DNA of 64,000 bases from Spirochaetales bacterium (GTDB taxonomy: Bacteria; Spirochaetota; Spirochaetia; UBA9216). A program made the position numbers and the translations under genes. Within the stretch, counting starts at the first letter, position 1. Each line of letters starts with the position of its first letter. Under the pieces are notes generated by a model, which was given only the letters and a program-made list of their open reading frames with translations, had not been told where the DNA came from and made no database searches. Location: assembly GCA_016839055.1 (NCBI GenBank), contig JAEKNX010000014.1:68051-132050 (forward strand). Reading direction: 5' to 3'. Below are positions 59,822 to 64,000 of this stretch, piece by piece.

Positions 59822-61408
59822 TCAGGCTGAGTATCGTGAAATCAGCTCAAACACCCGAGCACTGCCTATGGAATAGAGAAAACTCGCCAGACGAGGTCCT
59901 TTTTCCTTTCCGATTAACGCACGATATACAACCGGGAAGAAATCGCCGGACTCGAGGCCATTCTCTTCCGCCGCAGCATAGATATTAGTGCTGAACTCTT
60001 TCTCGTCAAGTATATCCATCTTTGCTTTTACGGCATCAGCGAGCATCGAAAGAGCCGATGCTTCGGCGGCGCTAACCTCAATCAGTGGATCATCGGAAGT
60101 CTTGATGGAAAATCTGAAATCTTCAGGCGCGAAGGTCTGGACCCAGGCCCAGGCACATTCGGCCCGCTGTCTAAACCGGGGAATCTGATCTTCTTCAACA
60201 TCACCGAGATTCTCGATAACCTTGTCAATATCACCGGACTGAATCTGAAGAAGGTTGCAGAGATGACGAATCTGTATTTGGTACGGCATGCTCTCTTCTG
60301 GCCTATCTACTTGAGAAAGCTCATAGATACGGGCCTGCTTTTCCCATTTCTTCAATGCCTTCTCGGAATCGGGCTTATTGTAAAACGCCCGTTCACATTT
60401 ATCATAATCCTCATAGATCTTAAGGACATCTAGGTCGAAGGATATTGCAAACTCAGTATTGGGACGGGTTCCTGCGAACATATACCTTACAACTTCCGGC
60501 TGATAAACCTCAAGAACATCGGGCAGGCTGACAACCTCTCCGGAGGAGGACGAAATCTTGCCGCCCCTCCCCTTTATCCTGATAAAGTCGTACTGAAAAG
60601 AAACTGGAGGCGTTCCGTCGAAGATCTTCTCTACTACCATCTCGGCAGTATCAAAGGATCCTCCTTCTGAATGATGATCCTTTCCTGCTGGTTCGAAATC
60701 GACCCCCTCTTCCTTCCATCTCATCGGCCAGTCAATCCGCCATGGCAGCTTCACGGCTCCGGTTTCACGAAGGTCGAGACTCTCCTTATTGCCGCAGGAT
60801 GCGCAGCTGTATTCCACATGCCATTCACCATCCCAGTTTTCTACCTTGGTCGTGTCACGATGGCACTTCGTACAGAATACGCTGACTGGCATCCAGTCAG
60901 CGGAGAGCGGCTGGGTTCTATGCTCATCAAGGATGGCCCTGATAGTATCTTTTTTCTCCAAGGCAGTTCTCATTCCCTGAGCATAACGGCCGGATCTGTA
61001 TTCACTAGCCTGATAGATGTACTCGGGAAAAACACCGACGAGGGGCAGAAGAGCTTCAAGCCTCTTCTCATTGGCCCTCGCGTAACTCTCCTCATTACCC
61101 AGGACATCGGGAACGAGGGTGATGGGCTGCCTGAGGAATTGTGCGAGCTTCTCCTGCTCGGGCATATTGGCCGGAACCTTACGAAAAACATCATACTCAT
61201 CCCATGAATAGATAAACTTCGCGTTAAGCCCCTTTTCTTTTAAAGCCCTCACGACGAGTTCTACCGAAATAATCTCGCGAAAATTCCCGATGTGTACCGT
61301 ACCCGATGGGGTTATTCCGGACGCGCAGACGTAAACGTCCTTCTCACCCTTCTCTCTTACAATCTTGTCAGCCGTCAGATCGGCCCAATGTGTTGATTTA
61401 GCTACCAT
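59822..61408 (-). CDS. lysS: Class I lysyl-tRNA synthetase
   Basis: HWAD, TPSGTVHIGNFRE, DWPMRW, KISSS, GPRL. Confidence 0.96.
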   Translation of the reverse strand: MVAKSTHWADLTADKIVREKGEKDVYVCASGITPSGTVHIGNFREIISVELVVRALKEKGLNAKFIYSWDEYDVFRKVPANMPEQEKLAQFLRQPITLVPDVLGNEESYARANEKRLEALLPLVGVFPEYIYQASEYRSGRYAQGMRTALEKKDTIRAILDEHRTQPLSADWMPVSVFCTKCHRDTTKVENWDGEWHVEYSCASCGNKESLDLRETGAVKLPWRIDWPMRWKEEGVDFEPAGKDHHSEGGSFDTAEMVVEKIFDGTPPVSFQYDFIRIKGRGGKISSSSGEVVSLPDVLEVYQPEVVRYMFAGTRPNTEFAISFDLDVLKIYEDYDKCERAFYNKPDSEKALKKWEKQARIYELSQVDRPEESMPYQIQIRHLCNLLQIQSGDIDKVIENLGDVEEDQIPRFRQRAECAWAWVQTFAPEDFRFSIKTSDDPLIEVSAAEASALSMLADAVKAKMDILDEKEFSTNIYAAAEENGLESGDFFPVVYRALIGKEKGPRLASFLYSIGSARVFELISRYSA

Positions 61409-61593
61409 AGTAGAGGGATTATATATATTGTAATTAAAAATATCAACTGCGGGGAAATGACTTTTGAAGATGAAGCTATCTGAAGCGAATATATATGGGA
61501 ATCTTCACCTCTGCACTTTACCTACATGTAATGAAGGTAAAAATGAAATATTGTATTCTTAATTTCCCCTGGAGCTTCTGCCGATAAAGAAGC

Positions 61594-62232
61594 ATGAATA
61601 ATTCCGCCAAATTGATAATTGCCATTATAGTTTTAACTCTCACATCCAGCCTCGTTTTTGCCTTTGAATCGGGACAGGCTTCATGGTACGGCGGAAAATT
61701 CCAGGGACGCAAGACTGCAAACGGTGAAATATTCGATACAAACAAGCTTACCGCGGCACACAAGACCCTTCCCTTCAATACCATGGTCCGGGTAACAAAC
61801 CTTAAAAACGACCGCTTTGTCGATGTCAGAATAAATGACAGAGGGCCCTTTGTCGAGGGACGAGTAATAGACCTCTCCAGGGCGGCGGCTGACAAGATAG
61901 ACATGACCCTCAGCGGACTTGCTGTAGTAAAAATTGATATCATTTCGCTTCCAAACGGCCAGATCGAAGCGGCACTGACTAAAACAGTGGAAGTTAATCC
62001 GGAAGGTATCCCCGACAGTTATAAAATACAGGTAGCCTCTTTTTCAAAGGCCGATAACGCAAAACTTTGTCTTGCCAGGCTTAAGAACGGAGGCCTATTA
62101 GCAAAGCTCGAGATTGCCGATTCAGGCATGATAAGGGTGGTAATCCCAGTAGTAATAGAAAAAGAGATTAGCGATATAAAGGACAGGCTCGGCCGTCTTG
62201 GATTTTCATCACCGCTTGTAAGGCATAATTAA
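61594..62232 (+). CDS. rlpA: RlpA lytic transglycosylase with SPOR domain
   Basis: ASWYG, TAAHKTLPF, INDRGPF, IDLS; IQVASF. Confidence 0.93.
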   Translation: MNNSAKLIIAIIVLTLTSSLVFAFESGQASWYGGKFQGRKTANGEIFDTNKLTAAHKTLPFNTMVRVTNLKNDRFVDVRINDRGPFVEGRVIDLSRAAADKIDMTLSGLAVVKIDIISLPNGQIEAALTKTVEVNPEGIPDSYKIQVASFSKADNAKLCLARLKNGGLLAKLEIADSGMIRVVIPVVIEKEISDIKDRLGRLGFSSPLVRHN

Positions 62233-62383
62233 GTAGCAGACCAGAACTAACTGAATTCGCCCTCGGTTAAGGGCTGATATACTGACATAAATCTTCTTTT
62301 ATGATAGATTACCCCTGTTTGAAATTAAATTTCGTACTTTAGTCTGAATCTATATTAACTTATTTGTATATAAAGGTGTTTTT

Positions 62384-64000
62384 ATGCAGAATCTAGGAAT
62401 TAACATTGGATCTTCAAGCCTGAAAATTGTAATGCTTGAAGATGGAAAGGTTTCTTGGAGCAGCGTACTTCCTCATGAGGGAGACTTTGTCTCCACCTTA
62501 AAGAAATCTTTGGCAGGGAAAGAAATCTCTTCCGAAGCCATGGCCATAGTCACAGGGACTGAAGGCCGATATCTTTTCAATATAAGCAGTACTATTGAGA
62601 CTGTTTGTATTGAAAGCGCTCTGAATCACATGGATCTCAATGTTGGGGCAGTTGTCAGTATGGGAGGAGAAGATCTTACCGTCTATACGATAGATGAGAA
62701 CAATAAGATCCTCAACAACTTTACCGGCAGCAAGTGTGCCTCCGGTACAGGTGAATTCTTCAAACAACAGCTTGGCCGAATGGACATGGTTCTCGATGAT
62801 GTAAAGAATGTCGATCCGAATGCGACCGTAATGCCGCTTTCAGCCCGATGTTCAGTCTTCATGAAGTCTGACTGTACCCACCGGCTCAATAAGAGAGAAG
62901 CCACAAAGGACGATATTGTTCTCTCCCTGAGTGATGTTATGGCTACAAAGGTCGTAGACTTCCTCAACAGGGCGAGAATCAAGACCGGAAAAGTTCTTCT
63001 GGCAGGCGGAATTACTCTCAACGAGCATATTGTAAGGTTCATCAGGGCAAAAGCTCCAGATATTGAATTCGTTGTCCCCGAAGAAGCATCATATTTTGAA
63101 GCTTACGGGGCAGCCCACCTTGCAGAGGCAAACGGAAGCAAAATGCTCGGAATTGAGAAACTGCTCAAAGAATATGACATCAAGTTTCCCCGCTATGCAA
63201 AACTCAGCAATTATACGGACAAGGTCACCTACTTCAGTTCCGATGTCGGAAAAGTTGAAGCCGGGAAAGAATACGTCCTTGGTGTTGATGGTGGATCAAC
63301 GACTACAAAAGCCTGTCTCATTGATATTGAAACTGACCAGATTGTCGCTCAGCATTACGGACGAACCCATGGAGATCCGGTCAAGGCCCTCAGGGGCTGT
63401 ATTGTAGAACTACAGAAGAAAATTAAAGAAGATATCGGTGATGAAAAGATTAAAATCAGTCTTGCCTCAACAACCGGATCTTCCCGTGAAATCCTCGGAG
63501 TTTTTCTTGAAACTTCGGGTGTATATAACGAAATCATTGCCCACGCATACGGAACAACCTATTTCAGTGATGATGTAGACACCATCTTCGAGATAGGCGG
63601 ACAAGACGCAAAGTATGTGCTGCTTAACCATAAGGTGCCTATCGATTACGCGATGAATGAAGCATGTTCGGCCGGTACGGGTTCCTTTCTTGAAGAATCC
63701 GCATCAGGCGATCTGAATATTAAAAGTGCCGCCGAAATTGGTGACATCGCGATGGAAGCTGATCAGCCGTTGAAATTCGGAGAGCATTGCTCGGCCTTTA
63801 TCAACTCGGACATCAGAAAGGCCATCCAGCAGGGCGCTGAAAGAAAAGATATTGCTGCCGGTATTGCTACCTCAATTGTATCAAACTACCTTAACAGGGT
63901 TGTAGGAAACAGAACAATCGGCAACAAGATTTTTCTCCAGGGCGGTGTTGCAAAGAATAAAGCCATTCCTCTGGCGTTTGCAATGATGGTTGGAAAACAG
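62384..64000 (+). CDS. Multidomain acyl-CoA dehydratase activase (BadF/BadG/BcrA/BcrD ATPase x2), partial; not in ORF track
   Basis: MQNLGINIGSSSLK, KCASGTG, ARCSVF, GVDGGSTTTK, EIGGQDAK, MNEACSAGTG; open to window end. Confidence 0.9.
   Translation, partial: MQNLGINIGSSSLKIVMLEDGKVSWSSVLPHEGDFVSTLKKSLAGKEISSEAMAIVTGTEGRYLFNISSTIETVCIESALNHMDLNVGAVVSMGGEDLTVYTIDENNKILNNFTGSKCASGTGEFFKQQLGRMDMVLDDVKNVDPNATVMPLSARCSVFMKSDCTHRLNKREATKDDIVLSLSDVMATKVVDFLNRARIKTGKVLLAGGITLNEHIVRFIRAKAPDIEFVVPEEASYFEAYGAAHLAEANGSKMLGIEKLLKEYDIKFPRYAKLSNYTDKVTYFSSDVGKVEAGKEYVLGVDGGSTTTKACLIDIETDQIVAQHYGRTHGDPVKALRGCIVELQKKIKEDIGDEKIKISLASTTGSSREILGVFLETSGVYNEIIAHAYGTTYFSDDVDTIFEIGGQDAKYVLLNHKVPIDYAMNEACSAGTGSFLEESASGDLNIKSAAEIGDIAMEADQPLKFGEHCSAFINSDIRKAIQQGAERKDIAAGIATSIVSNYLNRVVGNRTIGNKIFLQGGVAKNKAIPLAFAMMVGKQ

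Noticed and set aside
59822-61408. Archaeal-type class I LysRS as recent horizontal transfer
   Set aside because: Class I LysRS is normal in many spirochaetes.

Overview
A 64 kb window from what looks like a free-living anaerobic spirochaete chromosome (class I LysRS, spirochaete-style lipoprotein signal peptides, electron-bifurcating [FeFe]-hydrogenase, Rex, rubrerythrin/SOR/rubredoxin); the taxonomy is inference. Positions 1-19.2 kb hold the most striking locus. A giant (>2000 aa, runs off the window, absent from the ORF track) signal-peptide-bearing helical protein is divergently paired with an eight-gene, fully overlapping operon: TPR protein, small lipoprotein, TolC, long-hairpin MFP, two Ig-like lipoproteins and two diverged RND permeases. 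This is a candidate dedicated RND/TolC-based export or assembly system. Next comes a XylR-type regulator with a GDP-mannose-3,5-epimerase-like/GHMP-kinase-like/tandem nucleotidyltransferase operon (possible Leloir-like rare-sugar pathway). Further along are a CHASE2 adenylate cyclase with a ParB/Srx-like insert plus a FecR-OmpA partner, an in-frame IspH-NagD fusion, an oxidative-stress cluster, and an HTH-WYL-histidine-kinase chimera with a palindromic operator. The remainder holds an NqrA-less nqrBCDEF-like complex, a DRTGG/CBS-kinase/PHP cassette, a hydrogenase operon with rex, and housekeeping genes (purC, clpP, era, dacA, lysS, rlpA). No rRNA, tRNA, CRISPR array or transposase was recognised. 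All family assignments come from motif recognition by eye, not database searches.
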